From the NCBI RefSeq assembly GCF_006345805.1, contig NW_021826002.1, positions 1 through 13,835 on the forward strand: a stretch of 13,835 bases of DNA. Direction: 5' to 3'. Within the stretch, counting starts at the first letter, position 1; every line of letters starts with the position of its first letter. Shown in pieces: positions 1 to 9,304 of this stretch. Under the pieces are notes generated by a model, which saw only the letters and a list, made by a program, of their open reading frames with translations, ran no database searches and was not told the DNA's origin. A program made the translations under genes and the position numbers. This DNA comes from Octopus sinensis (taxonomy: Eukaryota).

Positions 1-579
1 TTTACGTATAAGTATGTGTATATATGTATATATAATATAGTAGAACGAAATATATGTATATAATATTATAAAAGGATGTGTACATTCTTACATACATGCA
101 ATGATAAGTATATACTGTACGTGTATATAAGTATATATATTGTACGTGTATACAATTGTCTCGTGTTGCGTCGCTTTATTGAGCAGTGATAAAATATTCT
201 TTTTAGAACGACATATCAGTAAAATAGCAAATTCACATTATCTATCTCCTTGAAGCTACTGCACTCGCATTATTCGATGAATACTAACAACAGAAGAGAA
301 GACTATCGAAACAGCCAATCATTTTTGGTCCGAAATAGTTTAAAAGATGCCATTTTATTAACATAGATTTAGGGGAGACAATCAAAGGATGAAACCATAG
401 AAAAGCCACTATTACTTCTGCTATGCAATTTAGCTTCAATGTTTAATGATGGACAATATACTTTATGTTTGCTGTCAGGCAAACACGGAACTTTACAATT
501 TATTGTTCGACTACAAACACAGCAGCAGACTGCTTTAACTACTTAGCAATAATTCTCTGACCACCTGCCTTTATGTGTG

Positions 580-666
580 ATATAAATATAAATATAATTA
601 TATATATGTAATATATATATATATATATATATTATTTATATATATATATTATATAATATTAATATA

Positions 667-714
<48 letters not shown>

Positions 715-861
715 ATAGTATATATATATTATATAATATATATAATTAATATATATCTATCTATATATATATATAATATATATATATATATGTACATAGA
801 TATACATGTAAGTAGAAATACATATAAATATACCTATATATATATATATATTTATATATAT

Positions 862-923
<62 letters not shown>

Positions 924-960
924 GCATATACAAATAGATACGTACATAATACAGTTATAA
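580..960. repeat. (AT)n-rich microsatellite / low-complexity tract
   Basis: Long runs of TA dinucleotides with scattered interruptions. Explains the Y/I-rich ORF 709-960. Confidence 0.95.
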
Positions 961-1899
961 ATAAATGTATGTATGCATGTATTTGTAATGTATATGTCTA
1001 TAAGTCTGACTCTCAGATATGAAAATATTTTAACGACAGGTGAAAGGCAGATATATTCAATTTGCAACATTCTAACTATTTCAAGAATGTCTTGGAGGAA
1101 ATTAAGCAGAGACGTCTGCAGCATGAATCTTCAGACGAAAAAGTCTACTGTTATACTTAAAATCTATGCAGCCAAAAGATGTTTAATAATGAGAACATCC
1201 TCTTCATGATCATCAGAATAAGCAATTAAAAGACCAATTCCGACCATGTAAGATTTTCTTACCATATTTTATTAGGTGCAATGGGATCTTGAATAAAACG
1301 TTATTTACAATTGTTTCTCGTTGATCAGTTGGTAATTTATTTATTAACGATTTCTGATATAGGCAAAATGCCAGCAGTTATATGGGAAGTAGTTTTAATG
1401 GTTACACAGGAATTAAACTGGTCCTATATTTTATCGAGGTAACACCTCAACAGACTTCATCGCCCTGGAATTTATTTAATCATCTTTAAATTATTAGAGA
1501 TTTTGTTATTTATATATTCCTTAATAAGTAATGTGGTACAAAATGAATTTGTATTGAAGCGGTTGTAACAGAGGATTCAGCGTAGCATACACTGAATCCT
1601 CAGCTTTTTCCTCTTTTAGAATTTACTCTAAGAAATTTAAAAATTTAAGAAATTAGTCTAAGAAATCCTCAAGCAGCAATTACACTAGTTGCAGGAACAT
1701 GGATTTCCTGCAAGAGATGCCATGCTTAATTTCATTGCACCCTTAAAATGCAAATATCCATAATTTCGTATTCAGTACAATTTAATATATAGACTTCTAA
1801 CTTCATATGAAGGTAAACAGCACAAGAGTTTACAATGTGGGAACAAGTTAGAAGATTCTTCAAATCGAGTAGCCCGTACCGCTCATGTATGTTTGTACC

Positions 1900-1960
1900 T
1901 ATGTATGTATGTATGTATGTATGTATGTATGTATGTATGTATGTATGTATGTATGTATGT
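1900..1960. repeat. (TATG)n tetranucleotide microsatellite
   Basis: About 15 perfect TATG units. Confidence 0.95.
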
Positions 1961-2538
1961 GTATGCATGCATGCATGTACAAAGTCTTAGCCGTCACTCG
2001 ATAGCGATTATATGACATGTTCATCTGTACTACATTTTTGCTAATAGTTTGAGATGTCTATATAATAGCGACCTGATTCTCAGCTTTTTTTGTTTGTTTA
2101 TTTCACACCAAAGTAAACATTAAATATGAAAGATAAAGGAGAGGTGAGTTGTCTGTTGGTGATACTTCTTTCGGTCGAGTAGGCAATATCAGAGTGAAAA
2201 GGTATGCATTCATGGCACCACCTTTTCGAGGAAGGGAAACCAAGACTGCATACCCGACTCTCTATTAGCTAAGGTACATGCCTTCACATATGCACACACG
2301 TGGATAGGCATACATATGTTTTTATATGTTTCTGTAGATATATATCTATATCTATCTATCGATATATCTATGTATGCATACACACACATACACACACATG
2401 CATATATATTTGTATGTAAGTATGTATGTATATACGTATGACTATTATTTAATAAACGCGGTATATATTTTTATGAGCTACTAAAAGTTTCATGAGATAA
2501 AAACAACTCAAACCACATTTTATAACAGGTCTGGTGCC

Positions 2539-2764
2539 ACAGTTCTATATTTAAGAGGTGAGGAATTATATACATTATTTACATTATTTACATTATATAC
2601 ATTTGACGGATATTTGTCATCTTGAAAACCCAGTTTCGAAATTCTCCTAGGACACCTGATTAATGCTGAAGGGTATATCAGCCGAAACGTTGTGTTAACA
2701 ACAAACAAGATGAGGACAAATATCCGTCAAATGTAAATAATGTAAACAATGACAATAATGTACA
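2539..2764 (+). mobile_element. Short non-autonomous Penelope-like (PLE-derived) element with inverted arms and a 9-bp target-site duplication
   Basis: TCTGGTGCC occurs at 2530-2538 and 2765-2773. Inverted arms at 2571-2624 and 2706-2762 include a perfect 21-bp core (TACATTTGACGGATATTTGTC 2598-2618; reverse complement at 2715-2735) and end in (TACATTATT)-type short repeats. A hammerhead-like motif lies between the arms. The PLE assignment is inferred from the known association of PLEs with inverted pLTR copies and minimal hammerheads. Confidence 0.7.
2651..2696 (+). ncRNA. Degenerate minimal type I hammerhead ribozyme (probably inactive copy)
   Basis: GACAC-CTGATTA-A-TGCTG-AAGGGTATAT-CAGCC-GAAA-CGTT-GTGTT. 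Helix I is GACAC/GTGTT, helix II is GCTG/CAGC, GAAA is intact, helix III is the palindrome AACGTT and the cleavage triplet is GUU. The core reads CUGAUUA instead of CUGAUGA. Confidence 0.65.
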
Positions 2765-3075
2765 TCTGGTGCCTTTACACTCTACTCAGGTTCTACAGAC
2801 ATGGCACAGCAAGCCAAAGGAGGGCGCTAGAATAAGAGAAAATACGAGAAAATGCGAGAAGCATGTAGATGTAACAGGTGGAAGGTTGAAAACACCGGAA
2901 AACGAAAAAGAAAAAAAAGAGAAACCGAAAAGAGACGGAGAATTAGATTTATGTTTCCTTTGACCGTAAAGTCATAAGGATGAATGGTTAGGAGCCTAGA
3001 ATATGTGGTGCAGCTGTTCGATCTTGAAAGGGTGGTATTGTCCAATTTGCCAAAAGGGCCTCATCCATACGTTTA

Positions 3076-3494
3076 CTTATTTCTTTATTGCCCACAAGGG
3101 GCTAAACATAGAAGGGAAAAATAAGGACATACAAAAGGATTAAGTCGATTACATCAACCCTAGAGCATAACTGGTACTTTATTTATCGACCCCGAAAGGG
3201 TGAAAGGCAAAGTCGACCTCGGCGGAATTTGAACTCACAACGTAAAAGCAGACGAAATACCTATTTCTTTACTACCCACAAGGGGCTAAACACAAAGAGG
3301 ACAAACAAGGACAGACAAACGGATTTAGTCGATTATATTGACCCCAATGCGTAACTGGTACTTATTTAATCGACCCCGAAAGGATGAAAGGCAAAGTCGA
3401 CCTCGGCAGAATTTGAACTCAGAACGTAACGGCAGACGAAATACTGCAAAGCATTTCGCCCGGCGTGCTAACGCTTCTGCCAGCTCACCGTCTT
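3076..3494 (-). mobile_element. Dimeric tRNA-derived SINE (family A): full monomer 3494-3262 plus 5'-truncated monomer 3261-3076
   Basis: The minus strand has an A-box-like TGGCAGAAGCGTTAG and a B-box GAGTTCAAATTC. The body (GGTCGACTTTGCCTTTCA..CTTTCGGGGTCGAT) and tail (CCCCTTGTGGG..AAAGAAATA) are repeated in both monomers. A 13-bp TSD, ATCCATACGTTTA, lies at 3063-3075 and 3495-3507. Confidence 0.92.
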
Positions 3495-3571
3495 ATCCAT
3501 ACGTTTATATTGGCTGAAAATTCCAGATCTAGGTTTCAGTAAGGCGGTGGAGTTTTCGGATCTGAAAACGA

Positions 3572-3960
3572 TGTGAAAAGGTGCTTTGTTTCCCTAGCAC
3601 ATGCTTCCGGATTCAGTCCCACTGCGTTGCACCTTGGGCTATTGCCTTTTACCACAGACTCGAGTAGATGGAAACTGAAAGAATCCCGTCGTATACATAG
3701 GGTAAAGAGTAAAGAGTATATACATATATATGTATGTGTGCGTGTATGTGTGTTTATCCCCCACTACCGCTTTACAACCAGTGATGTTGTGTTTAAGTCG
3801 CCGTAACCTAGCGCATTGGCAAAAGGGGTCGATATAATAAGTGCTTGACTTAAAATAAAACGCCTGGGGTTGATTCAGTCTACTAAAATTTCTTCAAGGC
3901 GGCTCCCCCTGCATGGCCGCTGTATAATGACTGACACAAAATAAAGATAAAAGATTAAAG
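3572..3960 (+). mobile_element. Diverged tRNA-derived SINE (family B) with internal microsatellite
   Basis: Aligns by eye to the reverse complement of 7094-7510 (TTCAGTCCCACTGCG, CACCTTGGGC, GGAAACTGAAAG, CGTAAC..AGCG..GGCAAAAG, CATGGCCGC, AATGACTGA, TAAA(A)GA tail). It is more diverged and lacks part of the middle. Confidence 0.8.
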
Positions 3961-4131
3961 ATGTATATTCAGAAGCAGTAGCAGTAGCAGCAGGATCTTA
4001 GTCTTTCATTTCTTAAGAAAATATTCTATCTTTTGTTTCTCTAATCTATAGACAGTAATATATTTATTATTTAAAACATCTAACTTTTTCTCACACCGGA
4101 TGTTCCATGTAAATCTTTTATTCTTTATACT

Positions 4132-4154
4132 ACACACACACACACACACACACA
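4132..4154. repeat. (CA)n microsatellite
   Basis: Perfect AC run of about 11 units. Confidence 0.9.
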
Positions 4155-4389
4155 TGCTGAAAGAAATACACCCCACCCATCTCCCACACCTGCTCCTTCT
4201 GTCCTTTCCCGTATCACATCGTGATTTAACTGTAAACGGTTATGCACCCTTGTCATAATACATAGACAAGAACGTGCTTACATACATTCAAGCCTATACA
4301 CCCGTACACGCTCTCTCAAAGAAGATACATTATACTTGCAAGCATCAGTGACTTAGCACAGCCATTACCGCGGGAAGTTCGATTATTAA

Positions 4390-4671
4390 ACCAATGAATC
4401 AGAAAAGAAATATACAGGAAATATCCTATTCAATGTCTTATATGAGATCATGATATACCAAACTGTCTTTGACAGTGTTTGGGAACAAAATACAATAACA
4501 TCGACACGATATTCTGTTATTAAGAGAACAAAGAGTCGGGAGACGTCATTACATGATGGTGATATCGCGAAAAAAGAAAGAAAGAAGTCTGCTACTGTCT
4601 TCATGATGGTGGATGTCTTTTATCAACTTTGTTGGCTAAAATTCAAAGAAATTCTTTATTCACATAGTTAG
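4390..4671 (+). pseudogene. Possible decayed class A GPCR TM5-TM6 fragment (weak)
   Basis: The open frame reads ..EKKYTGNILFNVLYEIMIYQTVFDSVW..KKERKKSATVFMMVDVFYQLCWLKF. It has a basic patch, a hydrophobic run and CWL, as at the ICL3/TM6 junction, but the CWxP proline is missing and no NPxxY follows. Confidence 0.2.
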
Positions 4672-5229
4672 GAACTATTCTCTCTATGGTTGTTCAGTCC
4701 CCGGCCCGACCAGATCAGAATGACTTAGGGGTGAATGCCGTGATGATATCGTGTTTTATTCCCAGCAACGTACCTCCAGAGATATTATTAAAATTCTCCT
4801 TCTTCTTCCAAAGGGCTATGATCGTATTCGAGATAATTTATTCTTTTATTCTTTTATTTGTTTCAGTCATTTGAATGCAGCCATGCTGGAGCAACACCTT
4901 GAGGAGATTACTTATTTAAGCCTACTACATATTCCATCGCTGTTTCTTGCCGAATCGCTACGTTACGGGGACGTAAACAAACCAAAACCAGTTGTGAAGC
5001 AGTGATGCTGGAGAGTGGGGGACAAACACAGAAACAAACAAGCACATAAACACGCATATACATACAAACATACACGTTTATATATGCGAAGGGCTTCTTT
5101 CAGTTTCCGTCTACCAAATCCATTCACAAAGGCTTCAGTCTCCCCGAGGCTATAGAAGAAGATACTTACCCGAGGTGTCACGCATTGGAACTGAACCCAG
5201 AACCCTGTGGTAGGGAAGCAAACTTCTTA

Positions 5230-5435
5230 TTTCTTTACTACCCACAAGGGGCTAGATTCAGAAGGGACAAACAAGGACAGACAAACGGATTAAGTCGATT
5301 ATATCGACCCCAGTGCGTAACTGGATTAAAGCAAAGTCAACCTCAGGCGGAATATGAACTGAGAACGTAGCAGCAGACGAAATATCACTAAGTATTTCGC
5401 CCGGTGTGCTAACGCTTCTACCAGCTCAAAGCCTT
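5230..5435 (-). mobile_element. Family A SINE monomer, 3' part of the rRNA-SINE chimera
   Basis: Highly similar to 3262-3494 from head (GAGCTGG.AGAAGCGTTAGCAC) to tail (CCCCTTGTGGGTAGTAAAGAAA). It carries an internal deletion of roughly 25-30 bp near 5325 and a B-box variant GTTCATATTCC. Confidence 0.92.
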
Positions 5436-5584
5436 CGACTGGACGGGGGGCCCCGGGACGATGGCATCTCGGGGCCTCAATGTGCGTTTGAGGTGTCGAT
5501 GTTCACGGAGTCCTGCAATTCGCATCAGTTCACGCAGATAGCTGCGCTCTTCGTCGACGGACGAGCCGAGTGATCCCTCGTCCC
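5436..5584 (-). rRNA. 5.8S rRNA: 5.8S rRNA-derived sequence, near full length; dispersed retrocopy (pseudogene), not an rDNA unit
   Basis: The minus strand reads GGATCACTCGGCTCG..CGACGAAGAGCGCAGC..CTGCGTGAACTGATGCGAATTGCAGGAC..GAACATCGACACCTCAAACGCACATTG, then a GC-rich hairpin GGCCCCG..CGGGGCC. These are the metazoan 5.8S motifs in the correct order and spacing, over 149 bp. No ITS, 18S or 28S sequence flanks it. Confidence 0.93.
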
Positions 5585-5709
5585 AAGCAAGCTTCTTACC
5601 ACACAGCCACGTCTGTGCCTATATTTGGTTAATATTTCCAACCAGTTACTCAGTCTCATAAATGGAGGTTTGTTGCCTCACTGCTGTATAATGTATTTAG
5701 CACTGGGAT

Positions 5710-5862
5710 GATGGTAAGTTAACACAAATCGTTAAGCGCGCCGGGCAAAATGCTTTTCGGGCGTTTCGTCAATCTTTGCGTCACCAGTTCAAATTCAACC
5801 GAGGTAGACTTTTGTTCTTCATCGTTTCCGGGTCGGTAAACTAACTACTAGTTCTGCACTGG
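5710..5862 (+). mobile_element. Old, 3'-incomplete family A SINE
   Basis: AATCGTTAAGCGCGCCGGGCAAAATGCTT, B-box AGTTCAAATTC, CCGAGGTAGACTTT, TTCATCGTTTCCGGGTCGGTAAA and GCACTGG align to the reverse complement of the family A monomer with many substitutions. Confidence 0.8.
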
Positions 5863-5949
5863 AACATGGGTAGTAGGCTTACGACCACCTCCGAAGATGC
5901 TAGCATTGTGATAGAATTTAAAATCAGTATATTTAGTATTAAAGATTGT

Positions 5950-6850
5950 AGAAGAAGAAGAAGAAGAAGAAGAAGAAGAAGAAGAAGAAGAAGAAGAAGA
6001 GGTGAAGGAGGAGGGGGAAGAGAAGAAGTAGACGAAAGAGGGGGAGAAGGGGGATGGGGAGGTGGCGGTTTGGTGGTGGCGGTGGTGGTGGTAGTGGTGC
6101 AGGCGGGGGAGAGGGGGAGTAGACGAAGAAAAAAAGGAGCTGGAGGAGAAGAAGAAGAAAAAGAAGAAGGAGGAGGAGAAGAAGCAGAAGGGGAAGAAAA
6201 AGGAGAAGAAGAAGGTGGAGGAGGAGGAGTAAGAAAAGGAGGAAAAAACGCTGGAGGAAGAGAAAAAAGGAGAAGGAGGAGAAGAAGGTGCAGGTGGGAG
6301 AGGGGTGACAAGAAGAAGAAGAAGAAGGAGAAGAAGAAGAAGAAGAAGAAGAAGAAGAAGAAGAAGAAGAAGAAGAAGAAGAAAAAGAAGAAGTGGCCGA
6401 TGAAAAGGACGAGGTAGTCGACAGAATAAGGCTGAAGTGGTGGTGGTGCAGGCGGGAGAGGGATGAGAAGAAGAAGAAGAAGAAGAAGAAGAAGAAGAAG
6501 AAAAGAAGAAGAAGAAGAAGAAGAAGAAGAAGAAGAGGCCGATGAAAAGGACGAGGTAGTCGACAGAATAAGGCTGAAGTGGTGGTGGTGCAGGCGGGAG
6601 GGGGATGAGAAGAAGAAGAAGAAGAAGGAGAAGAGGAAGAAGGAGAAGAAGAAGAAGAAGAAGAAGAGGCCGATGAAAAGGACGAGGTAGTCGACAGAAT
6701 AAGGCTGAAGTGGTGGTGGTGCAGGCGGGAGGGGGATGAGAAGAAGAAGAAGAAGAAGAAGAAGAAGAAGAAAAGAAGAAGAAGAAGAAGAAGAAGAAGA
6801 AGAAAAGAAAAGGAAGAGGAGAAAAAGAACAAAGAGAAAAGTGGTTGAGA
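5950..6850 (+). repeat. Complex (GAA)n/(GGA)n/(GGT)n purine-rich tract
   Basis: Long GAA runs interleaved with GGA and GGT blocks and with the 71-bp units listed separately. Confidence 0.95.
6395..6738 (+). repeat. Three near-identical 71-bp units separated by variable GAA spacers
   Basis: GGCCGATGAAAAGGACGAGGTAGTCGACAGAATAAGGCTGAAGTGGTGGTGGTGCAGGCGGGAG(A/G)GGGATG at 6395-6465, 6537-6607 and 6668-6738. Confidence 0.95.
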
Positions 6851-7093
6851 GGAAAAGTGCTTTGGTGTTGGTGAAGGCGATAATGATGATCCATATACCA
6901 GAGAGTTGTCAGTTTAATTGAATGATATTTAAAAAAAAAAATCTAATCTACGAAAACTAAACAGCAATATGTACACTTGCGCACAAACATGCATTCACAC
7001 ACACTCGCCAACATACATATATGTACATACATATGTGTGTGGCTGTGTGAGTGTGCGTGTGTGTGTATGTGCATGTAGGTATATATATATATA

Positions 7094-7311
7094 TTTACTC
7101 TTTTACTCTTTTACTTGTTTCAGTCATTTGACTGCGGCCATGCTGGAGCACCGCCTTTAGTCGAGCAAATGGATCCCCGGGACTTATTCTTTGTAAGCCC
7201 AGTACTTATTCTATCGGTCTCTTTTGCCGAACCGCTAAGTAACGGGGACGTAAACACACCAGCATCGGTTGTCAAGCAATGCTAGGGGGACAAACACACA
7301 GACACACAAAC

Positions 7312-7348
<37 letters not shown>

Positions 7349-7510
7349 CATATATACGACAGGCTTCTATCAGTTTCTGTCTACCAAATCCACTCACAAG
7401 GCATTGGTCGGCCCGGGGCTATAGCAGAAGACACTTGCCCAAGATGCCACGCAGTGGGACTGAACCCGGAACCATGTGGTTGGTTAGCAAGCTACTTACC
7501 ACACAGCCAC
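7094..7510 (-). mobile_element. Family B tRNA-derived SINE, well preserved
   Basis: The minus strand has a tRNA-like head (GTGGCTGTGTGGTAAG A-box; GGTTCAGTCCC B-box), a CTTGGGCAAG motif reminiscent of the CORE domain, an internal AT/GT microsatellite and a (AGTAAAAG)n tail. Confidence 0.93.
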
Positions 7511-9304
7511 CATAAATACATGGTCACAAACATGCATAAAGATGGAGATGGACGAAATAGAAAGAACTCCATTTGCACTTTAAGTATGTCTGAGATAGCA
7601 TGCCCGTTTCTCGTGTCACTCAGGCTCATGATAAGATTTCCTATGCATGATATTTTCATTACCACGCTATGTCATATTTTTCTCATTCTCTTTTCCTTCA
7701 TTTCTTTATTTCACTTTATTTTCCTTGAAACTTCCTTCAGCACGCCGACGAAAGGTGTGTTTCTCAATAATCAAGTAATTTCAACAAGTGTGATAGCAAT
7801 TTCCGCTCAACTATCATTCTGTTTTCCTATTCCAGCCCCCCCCCCCCACCACCACCACCACCACCTTTTCTTCCGCTATGTTATACAGATGCTAAATTAC
7901 CGTAATGTAAACATATACTTAAAAGAATCCATCTTATGGTCTGCCACATCTTGACTTCATAAAACACCCACTTATTTGCGGTGATCGACCATATGTAATG
8001 TACACCTTTGACCTTCTTTAGTCAGTCAGTGTCGCTCCTGTGACAACATCACTGCATTATAACCTTATTAAAGCTGCCCTCTGCCGTTCGCCGTCTTTTG
8101 TTACCACTTCCTGTAGCGATATAAATATGCAGAACAGAAGAAACAACAAAGGCAGTAACAGTAATGTCGTCCTGTATAGTAAATTTGAAATTTATTAATT
8201 GCTTCACTTAATTAAGTTTTATTAATTGCTATGTCACATCTAAAAGTACAGCATAACCGTTAGCCATAAATCCAGCAACATAAGCACCAGTAGTCCGAAC
8301 AAAAATATAACTTGGTTACCGAGCTATAAATATCAGTTATGTGTTTTTCCCAATTGATATTTGAAGGAAGATAAACTGTAAAATGTAGCCAACTCATGAA
8401 ATATATATTAGACAGCGGTCACGGCTAAAATCCGCTTTTCTTGATCCGGTATCCTATGAGCCTATCAAAAGCGTAGTATATATAACCTTGCGCAGTTCAA
8501 AGTTAACAATAATAATAAGTGAAGATAGACATAAACGGATTGAGTCGAGTGAATTCTGATTAATTATTAAATATTCAATGAACGTTGACATTTGATCTTC
8601 TCAGTAATCAGCCAAAAGGACAGTTAAGCTAAATTTCACAGTGAAACCAAATATGTATAAATAGATAAGATTCGCATCTATATACCCGTAGTCTCCTGAA
8701 CAGATTTTATTAATGCTACAGATGCAGACAGCGCTGAAATATTTATTCCTTAACATACAATTGTTATGAAGGTTCCTTGAAGATTGTGGGTCGTGAACCT
8801 TAAGTTCCATAATTGATCCGAGCAGTATATATGTGTACATTTAGTTATTCATAACCACACTGCATTGCTAGTTCAATAATTATTGTACTGTCATCGATTA
8901 CCTTGTAAATATATATGTAAATGGGCAGTGGTAGTGAAAATGTTGAATTATGTTTAAATTAGTGATAAAAACTTAATAGTTTGGGGAAGGAGAAGAGTTG
9001 ACTCTGGTAAATTATTAATAAACCAGGGAACTACTCACAGCAATAGTCATTGTGATTGTTATCATGTGTTATGTTTTTGTTTATACTGCCTTGAAAAATT
9101 CAAATCCTTCATTCTTACTGGACCCCACCCCCAGAGCAAGTGCAAGGAAAGGAATTAGCTACCATTTGAACGTAAATAACGCCCGAATCGATACAAGACG
9201 AGGAAATCTGTTTGTGTCTCTGGACGATTGATTAAATTTACCAGGTAGAAATTCAGTAGCGGAGGCGCTATACATAGATTTATAACGTTATATATATATA
9301 TATA

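Larger units (their letters stand above)
4839..5620 (-). mobile_element. Family B SINE interrupted in its tRNA-like head by a 355-bp insertion (5230-5584)
   Basis: 4839-5229 matches 7094-7500 block by block (GTTTCAGTCATTTGA, GCCATGCTGGAGCA, GGGGACGTAAACA, CAGTTTCCGTCTACCAAATCC, CTGAACCC.GAACC.TGTGG). The continuation CCACACAGCCAC resumes at 5599-5610, as at 7499-7510. Confidence 0.92.

Noticed and set aside
1128-1603. Other CTGANGA motifs on the minus strand (1128-1134, 1210-1216, 1597-1603)
   Set aside because: None is followed by a helix II plus GAAA and a pairing helix I.
1357-1731. GPCR-like peptide snippets (RLHRPGIYLI; RNPQAAITLVAGTWIS)
   Set aside because: Interrupted by multiple stops and frame changes, with no TM3/DRY segment between them; likely chance.
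709-1968. Short ORFs over AT and TATG microsatellites, and the overlapping 852-1124/973-1209 ORFs
   Set aside because: Low-complexity translation or no recognisable protein features.
5436-5584. Functional rDNA unit or contaminant contig join
   Set aside because: No ITS, 18S or 28S flanks, and the segment is nested in a host SINE inside a TSD.
6395-6738. CRISPR-like repeat-spacer appearance
   Set aside because: Repeats are 71 bp, spacers are pure GAA microsatellite, there are no cas genes and the context is eukaryotic.
5841-6921. Long ORFs (up to 348 aa), including an Arg-rich protamine-like reading
   Set aside because: They are translations of GAA/GGA/TTC repeats, open in several frames on both strands because the repeat has no stop codons, with no domain-like sequence.
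9022-9231. 69-codon open stretch with a hydrophobic helix (LLTAIVIVIVIMCYVFVYTAL)
   Set aside because: No start codon before the helix, weak splice acceptor, and no recognisable family; GT/AT-rich DNA readily yields such peptides.
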